A stretch of DNA of 64,000 nt. Origin: Prasinococcaceae sp. CCMP 1430 (lineage: Eukaryota; Plantae; Prasinodermophyta). The position numbers were made by a program, and so were the translations under genes. Shown here piece by piece: positions 1 through 12,082 of the stretch; positions within the stretch are counted from its first letter, which is position 1, and every line of letters begins with the position of its first letter. The notes beneath the pieces were generated by a model. It was not told the origin of the DNA, ran no database searches, and was given only the letters and a program-made list of their open reading frames with translations. The stretch covers positions 131,274 through 195,273 of the forward strand of contig RQSC01000018.1 in the NCBI GenBank assembly GCA_013416795.1. The letters are read 5' to 3'.

Positions 1-29
1 CCCCCCCCCTCTTCCCCAAAAAAAAACAG

Positions 30-1737
30 CTATTCCCCCTCAATCGTACTGGACTACTCCCGCAACAACGTGACCCAGGAGACCATGCGCCTCCTGTTCG
101 CGCTCGCCGAGAAGGCGCAGCTGCGCGACAAGATCGACGCGATGCTGGGCGGCGAGAAGATCAACGTGACCGAGGACCGCGCCGTGCTGCACACGGCGAC
201 CCGCGCCCCGGCCGACGCCATCATCGAGGTCGACGGGCGCAACGTCGTGCCGGACGTGCACGACGTGCTCGCCAAGATCAAGGACTTCTCCGAGCGCGTG
301 CGCAACGGCGAGTTCCGCGGCTCCACCGGCAAGACCCTCAAGGACGTCGTGGTCATCGGCATCGGTGGCTCGTACCTGGGCCCCGCTTTCGTGCACACCG
401 CCCTCAAGAACGGCACCCACCGCATGCCCGAGTCGCGCCCCGACCTGCCCTACGTGGCGCCCAAGCTGGCGGCCAAGGGCCGCACGCTGCACTTCCTGGC
501 CAACGTCGACCCCATCGACGTGGCGGACGCGCTCGAGGGGCTCGATCAGGAGAGGACGCTCGTGGTGGTGGTCTCCAAGACCTTCACCACCGCCGAGACC
601 ATGCTCAACGCGCGCACCGTGCGCACGTGGATCACGTCGCGCCTCGGGGAGGACTCGGTCGCGTCGCACATGGTCGCCGTGAGCACCAACCTCAAGCTCG
701 TCAAGGAGTTCGGCATCGACACGGACAACGCCTTCGCCTTCTGGGACTGGGTGGGCGGGCGCTACTCCGTGTGCAGCGCGGTGGGCATGCTGCCGCTGTC
801 GCTGCAGTACGGCTTCGACAACATGGAGCGCTTCCTCGAGGGCGCGCACTCGATGGACGAGCACTGGCGCACCGCGCCCTTCGAGGAGAACCTGCCCGTG
901 ATCCTGGGCATGCTGTCGGTGTACAACGCCACCTTCAAGGGGTGCCCCTCGCGCGGCATCCTGCCCTACTGCCAGGCGCTCTCCAAGCTGGCGCCGCACA
1001 TCCAGCAGGTGAGCATGGAGTCCAACGGCAAGGCCGTGGACCTCAACGGCGAGAAGCTCAAGTACCCGGTCGGAGAGATCGACTTCGGCGAACCCGGCAC
1101 CAACGGGCAGCACTCGTTCTACCAGCTCATCCACCAGGGCCGCGTGATCCCCTGCGACTTCATCGGCGTGATCAAGTCGCAGCAGAGCGTGTACCTCGCG
1201 GGCGAGATCGTGTCCAACCACGACGAGCTCATGTCGAACTTCTTCGCGCAGGCCGACGCGCTGGCCTACGGCAAGACCGCCGAGGAGCTGCGCGCGGAGG
1301 GCGTGCCCGACTACCTCATCCCGCACAAGACCTTCGAGGGCAACCGCCCGTCCCTGTCGATCATGCTCCCCGCGCTCGACCCGTACACCGTCGGCCAGCT
1401 GCTGTCGCTCTACGAGAACCGCGTGGCCACGCAGGGGTTCATCTGGGGGCTCAACTCGTTCGACCAGTGGGGCGTGGAGCTCGGCAAGGTGCTGGCGTCC
1501 AAGGTGCGCACGCAGCTCAACAAGACCCGCACGAAGGGCAAGCCCATCTCCGGCTTCAACTACAGCACCACCAAGCTGCTGAAGCTCTACCTTGAGGGCA
1601 AGCAACAGTTGAAATACCCCGAGCCGCAGGACGTGTTCCCGTGCACGCTGCTTGACGTGGAGTCGTGCGTTCCGCTCTACGGGGAGGAGGAGGCGGAGGA
1701 GGCCGAGAAGGCCCCGGCGACGGCGAAGGAGAGCTAG
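30..1737 (+). CDS. PGI: Glucose-6-phosphate isomerase, cytosolic type (5'-partial; last exon from probable acceptor AG at 28-29)
   Basis: ORF 70..1737 has PGI motifs [58 protein letters not shown]. The frame extends upstream as [11 protein letters not shown] to a pyrimidine/A tract ending in CAG. Strong C/G-ending codon bias. Confidence 0.97.
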
Positions 1738-2192
1738 GCCGAGGCCCAGCCGCCAGGCGCCCGCCGCGCCGGAACGCGACCGAGCACATAATACACACTT
1801 TCACAATACCACAGCGCGGGCGCGCCGCGCCTGCGCCCCCGCCGGCCGCGGCCGCGGCAGCGCTGCCGTCGGGAGATGGATCCACCGCGGCCCCACACTC
1901 CACACAGCTCGCTCGCGCTCTCCTGTTGTCTTGCGCTCCAGCGGAGCCGCTGCAGAGCCTGATGTGAACCCTCTTTACAAACCCAATACCATTCCCTATC
2001 CAAACCCATCTCGTCGGCCTCGGGAGCTGCGGCGCTGAGCTGGCGCGCGCGCCGCTCCACAGAATCCGAGAAGCAGCGGATCTCGAAATGCATCCAAACC
2101 AGGCTTTCGGAAGGTACGTTTGAATTCGAGGGCGCGTTTCGCCGCTCCCGAACTGAGCCTATCAATCGTATGCATCATCGCCATATCCAACT

Positions 2193-2310
2193 TTTAGGGT
2201 GAGATATGGGTGTTGAGCGGGTAGAGGGTTTACAATGACGCGTTTATCGATGCCTTTTGATGACGAAGCTTGTTGGAGGTGCCGCGCGCGGCGGGGGTTG
2301 GGTTTGGGTT
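2193..2310. promoter_or_regulatory. Telomere-like (telo-box-like) motifs upstream of the IDH-aconitase gene
   Basis: TTTAGGG at 2193-2199, GAGGGTTTA near 2224, GGGTTGGGTTTGGGTT near 2296-2310, in an AT-richer intergenic stretch. Confidence 0.4.
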
Positions 2311-3167
2311 CGGCGCTTCTGAAGGTTTCGCATGTTGACGCCGCCGATCGACGCAGGGCCGCGGTGGGGAGCCGCCACACGGCGCGCGCCGCGCGCTGCT
2401 TCCCCTCCCCCCCACCCCACCCCCCTTCTTCAAACGCTGCCGTCCTGCCGGTGCGTAGCAGCAGGCGCGCGCTCGCGCGCCCGCGCCCGCGCTCGCTCGC
2501 GCTCGCGCTCGCGTGGGCGCGCGCGGACGGGCCGCTGCTCGCCGAGCGCGCCCGCGCTCTTTTTCGCCTTTTCCGCGCCCGTGTGGCGAAATATCTGCCC
2601 GCAGCGCACGCGCAGCGCACGCTGCGCGCGGGCAGCAGCAAGCATCCCCTCTGCCTCCCGGCACCCCAACCCCTCCTCCTCCCATTTCTCCCCTGCCCTC
2701 TCCGCCCCCTCCTCCCGCTCCCGCTCGACCCCTGCCGCGGCGCGGCGGCGGGAGGCGGGGAAGGCCGCCGCGGGCTGCGCGCGCGCAGCAGCGCCGCCCG
2801 CCGGTGATCGCTTTACGGCGCGGCGCGCTTTTTGGGTTCGGGACTGCAGGCGCGCTGGGCCACGGCGGCAGCGGCGCCCGGCGCAGTTCGGGCGCGGGTG
2901 GGGCTCTCTCGCCACTTCAACGCACACACACGCCCATCCACCTTGGCCCGTTGCTCGCGCTCGCGCTCGCGGGCACAAGTCGCGAGTGGCCCCGCAGCGC
3001 CTGCCGCTAGTTCAGACGACCTGCACCGCGCCGCCGCTGACGGGGCCGCGCCCCCCCCCCCCCCTTCAGGACGGCGACCGCCCCCTCACCTCATCCCACC
3101 CCTCCTATCCCGCCTGCCCCTTGCCCTGGCCCCGCGCGCACTAAACGCCGCCGCCAGGCGCGCAGCC

Positions 3168-4194
3168 ATGTCGGTCGAGGCCGGCGACAACGTCAAGAAG
3201 GCCGCGCGCATCGCGTGGACGCTCACCGATGAGGCGCCCGCGCTCGCCACGCACGCGCTGCTGCCGATCGTGCGCCGCTTCCTGACGCCCGCGGGCATCT
3301 CGGTCGAGCCGGCGGACATCTCGGTGGCGAGCCGCATCCTGGCGCAGTTCCCCGAGGCACTCACGCCCGCGCAGCGCACCGGCGACACGCTGGCCGCGCT
3401 CGGCACCATCGCCAAGACGCCGCGCGCGAACATCATCAAGACGCCCAACGTGTCGGCGTCTGTGCCGCAGCTCATGGAGGCCATCGCCGAGCTCAACGCC
3501 AAGGGCTTCGCCGTGCCGCCGTACGTGCAGGAGCCGACCACCGAGGAGGAGAGGGCGAACAATGCCAAGTACGCCAAGGTGCTCGGCTCGGCCGTGAACC
3601 CGGTGCTCCGCGAGGGCAACTCCGACCGCCGCGTCGCCGCGCCCGTGAAGGCGTACGCCCAGAAGAACCCGCACCGCCTCGGCAAGTGGGAGGCGACCTC
3701 CAAGTCGCACGTGGCGTCGATGAAGGACGGCGACTTCTTCTCGGCCGAGAAGAGCCACGTGTGCGCCGAGCCCACCGACGTGCGGATCGAGTTCGTCGCG
3801 GAGGGCGCCGACGAGGCCGTCACCCTCAAGGAGAAGGTCGCGCTGCAGGCGGGCGAGGTGATCGACGCCTCGCGCATGTCGGCCGCCGCGCTGCGCCAGT
3901 ACATCGAGGATGAGCTCACCAGCGCCAAGGCGGACGACCTGATGGTGTCGGTGCACCTGAAGGCCACCATGATGAAGATCTCGGATCCCATCATTTTCGG
4001 CCACGTCGTGTCGGTCTTCTTTAGGGAGGTGTTCGCCAAGCACGGCGACACCTTCGCCAGGCTGGGCGTCAATCCCAACAACGGGCTCGGCGCGCTCTTT
4101 GCCAAGCTCAAGGCGCTGCCCGACGCCGAGCGCGAGGCCATCGAGGCGGACGTCGCCGCGTGCTACGAGACGCGCCCGCGCCTCGCGATGGTCG

Positions 4195-4225
<31 letters not shown>

Positions 4226-4427
4226 CCCCTCGGACGTCATCATCGACGCGTCCATGCCGTGCGTGGTGCGCGACTCGGGCAAGATGTGGAACAAGGACGG
4301 CAAGCTCGAGGACGTCAAGTGCCTCATCCCCGACCGATCCTACGCGCCCATCTATGAGGCGTGCCTGCAGGACTGCAAGGCCAACGGCCAGTTCGACGTG
4401 TCCACCATGGGCAACGTGTGCAACGTG

Positions 4428-4478
<51 letters not shown>

Positions 4479-7400
4479 AACATCAAGCAGGCTGGCGCCG
4501 TCCGCGTGGTCGATGCCAAGAGCGGCGCGATCGTGTTCGAGCACGCCGTGGGCGAGGGCGACATCTGGCGCATGTGCCAGACCAAGGACGAGCCCATCCG
4601 CGACTGGGTGCGCCTGGCTGTCTCGCGCTCGCGCGCGACCGGCTCGCCGGCCATTTTCTGGCTCGACGAGCAGCGCGCGCACGACGCCGTGCTCATCGCC
4701 AAGGTCAACGAGTACATCAAGGCTCACGACACGGCAGGCCTGGACATCTCGATCAAGAAGCCGGAGGAGGCCATCAAGGTCTCCATGGCGCGCGCGCGCA
4801 GCGGCAAGGACACCATCTCCGTGACCGGCAACGTGCTGCGCGACTATCTGACCGACCTGTTCCCCATCATCGAGCTGGGCACCTCGGCGAAGATGCTCTC
4901 CATCGTGCCACTGCTCAAGGGCGGCGGCCTCTTCGAGACCGGCGCGGGCGGCTCGGCGCCAAAGCACGTGCAGCAGTTCGTGGAGGAGAACCACCTGCGC
5001 TGGGACTCGCTGGGCGAGTACCTCGCGCTGGCCGTGTCGCTCGAGGACCTTGCGGCCAAGGCGGCGAACGCGCAGGCCAAGGCGCTGGCCAAGGCGCTCA
5101 ACACCGCCATCGGCAAGCTCCTCGACCAGAACAAGTCGCCCGGCCGCAAGGTCATGCAGCTGGACAATCGCGGGTCCCACTTCTACATCGCCATGTGGTG
5201 GGCGGAGTCCATGGCCGAGGTCGACCCCTCCTTCGCGGAGCTCGCCGCGGCACTGAAGGCTGGCGAGGCCTCCATCACGCAGGAGATGATCGAGTGCCAG
5301 GGCAAGCCCGTGGACATCGGGGGCTACTGGCTGCCGGACGCCGCCAAGTGCGCCAAGGCCATGCGCCCCAGCGCGACCTTCAACGCGCTCATCGACATCC
5401 CGGTCAAAATGAGCCACCTCGACCCCGAGGGCTCGCGCACCGTCTCCGACGTCTACGCCAAGCTCGAGACAAACCTGGCCGAGGTGCGCAAGAACATCAG
5501 CGAGCCGCTGACGCTCGCTGAGAAGATCGTGTACGGCCACCTCGACGACCCCACCACGATCCCTAAGCGCGGCGAGACATATCTCAAGCTGCGCCCCGAC
5601 CGCGTGGCCATGCAGGACGCCACGGCGCAGATGGCGCTGCTGCAATTCATCTCGTCGGGCCTGCCCAAGGCGGCCGTGCCCTCGACCATCCACTGCGACC
5701 ACCTGATCGCCGCCGAGTCAGGCGACATGGAGGACCTGGGCAACGCCAAGAAGGTCAACAAGGAGGTGTACGACTTCCTGGCCTCCTGCGGCTCCAAGTT
5801 CGGCATCGGATACTGGAAGCCCGGCGCGGGCATCATCCACCAGACCGTGCTCGAGAACTACGCCTTCCCGGGCGGCATGATGATCGGCACCGACTCGCAC
5901 ACGCCCAACGCCGGCGGCCTGGGCATGTGCGCCGTGGGTGTGGGCGGCGCTGACGCCGTCGACGTGATGGCCGACATGCCGTGGGAGCTCAAGGCGCCCA
6001 AGGTCATCGGCGTGCACCTCAAGGGCAAGATGGGCAACTGGACGTCGCCGAAGGACGTCATCCTCAAGGTCGCCGACATCCTCACCGTGTCGGGTGGCAC
6101 GGGCGCCATCGTCGAGTACTACGGCGAGGGCGTGGACTCCATCTCGGCGACGGGCATGGCAACGATTTGTAACATGGGCGCCGAGATTGGCGCCACCACA
6201 TCGGTCTTCCCGCTGTCCGAGCGCCAGCTCGAGTACTTGCGCGAGACCGGCCGTGCGGACGTCGCGCACCTGGCCACGCTCAACCGCCACAACCTGGTGC
6301 CCGACGAGGGCTGCACGTACGACCGCGTGATCGAGATCGACCTCGACACGCTCGCGCCGCACATCAACGGCCCCTTCACGCCCGACCTGTGCACGGCCGT
6401 GGCCGACATGAAGGCGCGCGTCGAGGCCGAGGGTTGGCCCAACGCCATCTCGTCCGGCCTGATCGGCTCGTGCACGAACTCCAGTTATGAGGACATGGCC
6501 AAGTGCGCCAACCTCACCAAGCAGGCGCTCGATGCGGGTCTCAAGTTCAAGATCCCGTTTTTTGTGACCCCGGGCTCGCGCGCCGTCCAGGTGAACATGC
6601 TCAAGGACGGCTTTGTCAAGCATTTTGAGGACGCCGGTGCCATCGTGCTGGCAAAGGCGTGCGGCCCGTGCATCGGGCAGTGGAAGCGCAAGGTGCCACC
6701 AGGCGTGAAAAACTCGATCGTGACGTCGTACAACCGGAACTTCGCCAAGCGCAACGACGGCAACCCAGACACGCACGCGTTCGTGACAAGCCCTGAGCTG
6801 GTCACCATGCTGTCCTTCGCGGGCGAGCTGAGCTTCAACCCGTACGCCGACTCGCTGGAGACGCCCGATGGCAAGGAGTTCCGCTTCAAGATCCCCGAGG
6901 GCTGCCCGTCCATCCCGCCGAGCGGATGGGACATCGACGAGTCCATCTTCCAGCCGCCCGCCGCCGACGGCTCGGACGTCAGCGTGGCCGTCGACCCCAA
7001 GTCGGAGCGCCTGCAGCTGCTGACGCCCTTCCAGAAGTGGGATGGCCAAGACTACAAGGACTGCCCGGTCCTCATCAAGGCACTCGGCAAGTGCACGACC
7101 GACCACATCTCGATGGCCGGCCCGTGGCTCAAGTTCCGCGGGCACCTCGATAACATCAGCAACAACTGCCTCATCGGTGCCGTCAACGCGGAGAGCGGCA
7201 AGACCAACGCCGTGACCAACCAGGTGACGGGCGAGGTTGGCAAGGTGCCCGACGTTGCGCGCGCCTACCGCGAGCAGGGCATCAAGTGGGTGGTCATCGG
7301 CGACCGGAACTACGGCGAGGGCTCGAGCCGCGAGCACGCCGCGCTCGAGCCACGCAACCTCGGCGGGGTGGCGGTGATCACGCGCTCGTTCGCGCGCATC

Positions 7401-7673
7401 CACGAGACCAACCTGAAGAAGCAGGGCATGCTGCCGCTGACCTTCGTTGAGCCGGCGGACTACGACAGGATCACGGGCAACGACAAGCTCTCGGTGCTCG
7501 GCCTCGCCGACCTGGCGCCTGGCGCCAACCTCACGCTCAAGGTGACGCCCGCGAGCGGCGCGGAGGCCTTCGATGTGCCGGTCGCGCACACCTTCAACTC
7601 GGAGCAGATCGAGTGGTTCCGGGCCGGGTCGGCGTTGAATTTGATGAAGGAGAAGAACGCGCTCTCTAGCTAG
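3168..7673 (+). CDS. Monomeric (NADP-type) isocitrate dehydrogenase fused to mitochondrial-type aconitase, ~1500 aa, no intron
   Basis: One ORF. 3168-~5400 (~745 aa) is monomeric IDH: [138 protein letters not shown]. ~5409-7670 (~754 aa) is aconitase: [105 protein letters not shown]. Confidence 0.95.
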
Positions 7674-7892
7674 AGGAGGGGGGAGGGGGCAAGGTTGACC
7701 TCCAACGCACTCGCACGCGCGCGACATATAAACAACAAACGCCCAGATATTATCTATTCCATGCCACGCCAGGAGAAGCTGAGCGAGCCAAGCGAACTGA
7801 GATAGGGGCGGGGGAGGGTGCTAGCAAGGCTACGTCAACTCCCTCCGGATTATTATAAGTGCAAGCGGCCGCAAGGGACTACTCCTTGGCTC

Positions 7893-9447
7893 TCAGTCGC
7901 CCTTGCCGGCGGGCGCCCCGCTCTCGAGGTCCGCGTCGTCCAGGTCGCCGCTCGCAGTGCCGCGTGCCCGCATGCTCAGAAACTGATCGATATCGCCCGC
8001 CATGAGCTTCGCAACGGGCTTGGTCAGCTCTGAGCCCTCCAGCAAGATCTTGAGCGCCGCCGTCATCGGCGCCGCCAGCAGCAGCCCCGGCACGCCCCAG
8101 AGCATGCCCCAGAAGATGAGCGCCGCCAGAACCGTGATGGGATGCAACTGCAGGTGGTCACCGAGGACCTTGGGCTCAACGAAGTTGCCTAGGAAGATAT
8201 GGATCGCCGCCGGGAGCACCAGCACCATGAGGACGCGCGTAAGACTCGTCGACTCATTCACGAGCACCAGCGGCACCGGCATGAGCACGGCAATGATGGT
8301 GCCCGCCTCGGGGATGAACTTCAGGATGAAAGTGAAGAGGCCGAACACGAGGGCCATGTCCACGTTCATGGCCCACAGCACAAACGTGCACGCGCCAGCG
8401 CACACAACGCTCAGCACGGTCTGGTTGGAAAGGCGCCAGTGCGCGCACACGTCAGCTCTCTGCCGCGTGATGTCGCCGCGCGGGCGCCGCCTGGGGGCGC
8501 GCGCGGCGCATCCTTGGGCCGAGCACGCACCTTCGTGAGCAAGTATTGCTTGATGCGTTTCTCGATCTGCTCCGCGTAGGTGCCCTTGATGATGGATGTC
8601 TTCCTCGGGCGCTCCAGGAGGTAGATGACAAACAGGAAGACCAGGAAGGTATTGGTGAGGCCCATGGCGAGGTCCTCGAGGTACTTCTTCACCGTCGCGG
8701 CGATGAGAGGGCCAATAGGCAGTTTCGCGGTTTGCGCCTGCGCGCCGCTCGACAGGGGCAGTGTAGGCGCGAGCGCGGAGTGTGGCACAAGTCAGCGCGC
8801 GTGACATTTTCGCGGCGGGTCGGCCAGGCATCGCATTCGCCGGGCCGGAGGGCCCGCGGCGCGCACCTTGATGATGTCCAGCAGCGAAGGCAGCTGATCG
8901 CGCTCCCATCCCTCCTGCCCTGGCAACTTGATCGTGAGCGAGTCAGCGGCAGCCGCGATCGCGTTGACGCGCTTCACATACGCGTCCGTGTTGGAAGACA
9001 AGTCTCGCACACTCTGGTAAAGAATGTTGGCGACCACGGTGAGCACGAGAAGCGCAATCAACAAGCTCACCACCACCGCGGCCAGGTGCGGCATGTACAT
9101 GCGTGTGCGGCAGAACCCGATGACCGGGCTGAGCGCGTAGCTGAGCAGTATCGCGAGCACGAGCGGTACCATGACCGGCTGCAGCCAGTGCAGCGCCGCC
9201 GCGAGCAGCACCGTCGTCACCACGGCCATGCACGCGCTCTGGATCCACATGTTGGCGTTCAGCGCGTTCAGCGTGTTCATGAGCGCCTCCGACGGCGCCG
9301 CCACATCGATGTTTGCTTGCATGCCACCGCGGCGCGGCGTGCGCGGCTCCTCGCTGCGCGAGGGCGCCCCACCCTGTGCCAGGGGCGACGCGCCGATGAA
9401 CGCCGCCGCGCTCGCCGGCGACAGCGCCTCGCCAGCGCCGTCGCCGC
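7893..9447 (-). CDS. AI-2E family (PerM/TqsA-like) transporter, 3 exons visible; the start is either in the N-gap or at ATG 9322
   Basis: Exons 9447/9322-8867, 8737-8531 and 8420-7893 are joined by phase-0 GT-AG introns. Hydrophobic protein with VMVPLVLAILLSYALSP, LFTFILKFIPEAGTII, IHIFLGNFVEPKVLGDHLQLHPITVLAALIFWGMLWGVPGLLLAAPMTA, typical of the AI-2E family. Confidence 0.9.
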
Positions 9448-9567
9448 NNNNNNNNNNNNNNNNNNNNNNNNNNNNNNNNNNNNNNNNNNNNNNNNNNNNN
9501 NNNNNNNNNNNNNNNNNNNNNNNNNNNNNNNNNNNNNNNNNNNNNNNNNNNNNNNNNNNNNNNNNNN
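9448..9567. other. Assembly gap (N run) that probably hides the 5' ends of the divergent AI-2E transporter and MLH1 genes
   Basis: 120 N; both flanking reading frames are open into the gap. Confidence 0.95.
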
Positions 9568-11927
9568 GGGAGGGGGTGGGTGGGTGGTGGAGGAGCAGTC
9601 GGGTGGTGGTGTGTGTGTGTGGTGGCGGGGGAAGCGGCACGGCGCACGGGGAAAGGGCGGAGGGAGGGGTGGGGCCCGAGGCGGCGGTGCCGGAGGCGCC
9701 GCGGCGTCGCATCGAGCGGCTCGATAAGGACGTGGTGAATCGCATCGCCGCGGGCGAGGTCATCCTGCGGCCCGCCTCCGCGCTCAAGGAGCTGCTTGAG
9801 AACGCGCTCGACGCGGGCGCGACGTCGGTCGGCGTCTCCGTCAAGGAGGGCGGGGTGAAGCTGCTGCAAGTGACGGACAACGGCTGCGGCGTGGCAGAGG
9901 CTGACCTGCCGCTGCTGTGCGAGCGCCATGCCACGTCCAAGCTGCGGGCGTACGAGGACCTGCGCAGCGTGGGCACGTTTGGCTTTCGCGGCGAGGCGCT
10001 CGCGTCGATCTCGTACGTGAGCCACCTGAGCGTCGTGACGATGCCGGAGGATGCGCCGCACGCGCTCAAGGCCGAGTACTCGGACGGCGCGCTCAAGGGC
10101 AAGCCGCGCCCCTCCGCCGGCGTGCGCGGCACACAGATCACCGCCGAGGACCTCTTCTTCAACGTGCCCGCGCGCCGCCGCGCGCTGCGCCCAGCATCCG
10201 AGGAGTACGCGCGGCTGCTCGAGGTCGCGCAGCGGTACGCAATCTTCTTCGCTGGCCGCGCCATCAGCTGCCGAAAGGCGACCGAGGCGCGCGCGGACCT
10301 GCAAACGCTCGCGGGTGCGAGCAGGATGGACAACATACGCACCGTCTACGGCGGCGCCACCGCGAGGGAGCTGCTCCCAATCGAGGTGTCCTCCGACCAA
10401 TCGGGCTGCTGCGGGGCCGACGGCGCGTGCGCCGCAGAGGCGAGCGAGGGCGAGGGCGAGTTCTCGTGCGAAATGTACGTCTCGAGCGCGAACTACCAAG
10501 CCAAGCGCACGACGTTCATCCTCTTCATAAACTCGCGGCTGGTCGAGTGCAGCGCAATCAAGCGAGCGGTGGAGGCGACCTACGCGGCCATTTTACCCAA
10601 GCACGCCAAGCCCTTTGTCTTCATGGCGCTCAAGCTGCACCCAGCGGCCGTGGACGTAAACGTGCACCCAACGAAGAAGGAGGTTGCCTTCCTCGGACAG
10701 GAGCTTATTATCGAGCGCGTGTGCCGCGCGGTCGAGGAGGTCGTGCTGAGCAACAACAACACGCGCACGTTCGCCATGCACCAATCGCTGCTTCCCGGGG
10801 CGAGCGCGCCCGACACCGCCAAAACCGAGAAGGGCGGGGCCGCGGGCGGCGAGGACGCGACCACCAAACAGCCAGCAGCGGGTGAGAAGCCTGCCAAGAA
10901 GGCCTACGATCCGCGCAAGCTCGTGCGCGTGGACGCGCGCAACCCCGCGGGCAGCCTCGAGGCCTTCGTGATGACCAAACCCGGCGCGGGAAAGCGCGCG
11001 AACGACGACGGCCTACCCGGCGGGGTGCAGGCGGCGGCAGCCGAGGTGCAGGGGCAACGAGCCAAGCGGCGACGGGCCGATGAGCCGGCGGAGCCCGCGT
11101 GCGATCTAACCAGCGTTCAGGAGCTCTGCGCGGCGGTGGAGCGTCGAACGCACCAGGGACTGCTCGAGGTGTTCCAGCACCACACCTGGGTGGGCATGGC
11201 CGACGAGGTCTTCGGCGTGCTGCAGCACTCGACCAAGTTGTACCTGGTCAATGTGCAGCGCCTGTCAAGCGAGCTCTTCTACCAGGAGTTCCTGAGGCTC
11301 TTCGGGCGCTTCACGCGCTCCATCGAGCTCGCCGAGCCCATGCCCGCGCGCGAGCTCATCGAGGGAGCGCTCGACGAGGCGGAGGCGTGCGGCGAGTGGA
11401 CTGAGGCAGATGGGCCCAAGGATGAGATCGCGCGCCTGTGCGCAGCGCTGCTCACCTCCAAGGCCGAGATGCTCGAGGAGTACTTTGCAGTTCGCATCGA
11501 TGCCGACGGCTGCGTGCGCTCGTTGCCCGAGATCGTGCCTGGCCACACGCCGGACATGCGGAAGCTGCCAGGTTACCTGCTGCGGTTGGCCAACGAGGTC
11601 GACTGGGAGGCTGAGAAGGAGTGCTTCGAGTCCTTCGCGCGCACCACGGCGGAGTTCTACTCAGTGACGCCGCCGCGCGACCCCGAGGTGGCGCTGGGTG
11701 CCGCCGATGCAGGCGAGGGTGGGGCGGGCGCCGGCGCCGGCGGTGGCGACGCGCAGGCGCGGCCGAGCTCGCGGCCGCCGGACCCGAGCGTCGCATGGGC
11801 GTTGCAGCACACGCTTCTGCCCGCTTGCCGCTCGCGCCTGCGGCCGCCAGTGTGCTTCGCCACCGACGGCGGGGTCTCCATCGTGGCCGCTCTCGACAAG
11901 CTCTACCGCATCTTCGAGCGGTGCTGA
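9568..11927 (+). CDS. MLH1: DNA mismatch repair protein MLH1 (5'-partial)
   Basis: RIERLDKDVVNRIAAGEVILRPASALKELLENALDAG, DNGCG, RHATSKL, FGFRGEALASIS, DVNVHPTKKEV, and the MLH1-specific C-terminus LYRIFERC. Confidence 0.97.
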
Positions 11928-12082
11928 CGGGCGCACGCGATGCTACCCACAGGACTAATGAGGGGCCCGGCGCGCGCGCCGGGCCGCCGCTAATACGTGA
12001 CACGGAACGCCATTGCTAGACCATCAACTTACGCGCGCCCGTGCCGCGCTGCCTCGCGACGGCGCCGCGTGTCGCGCGGCTA

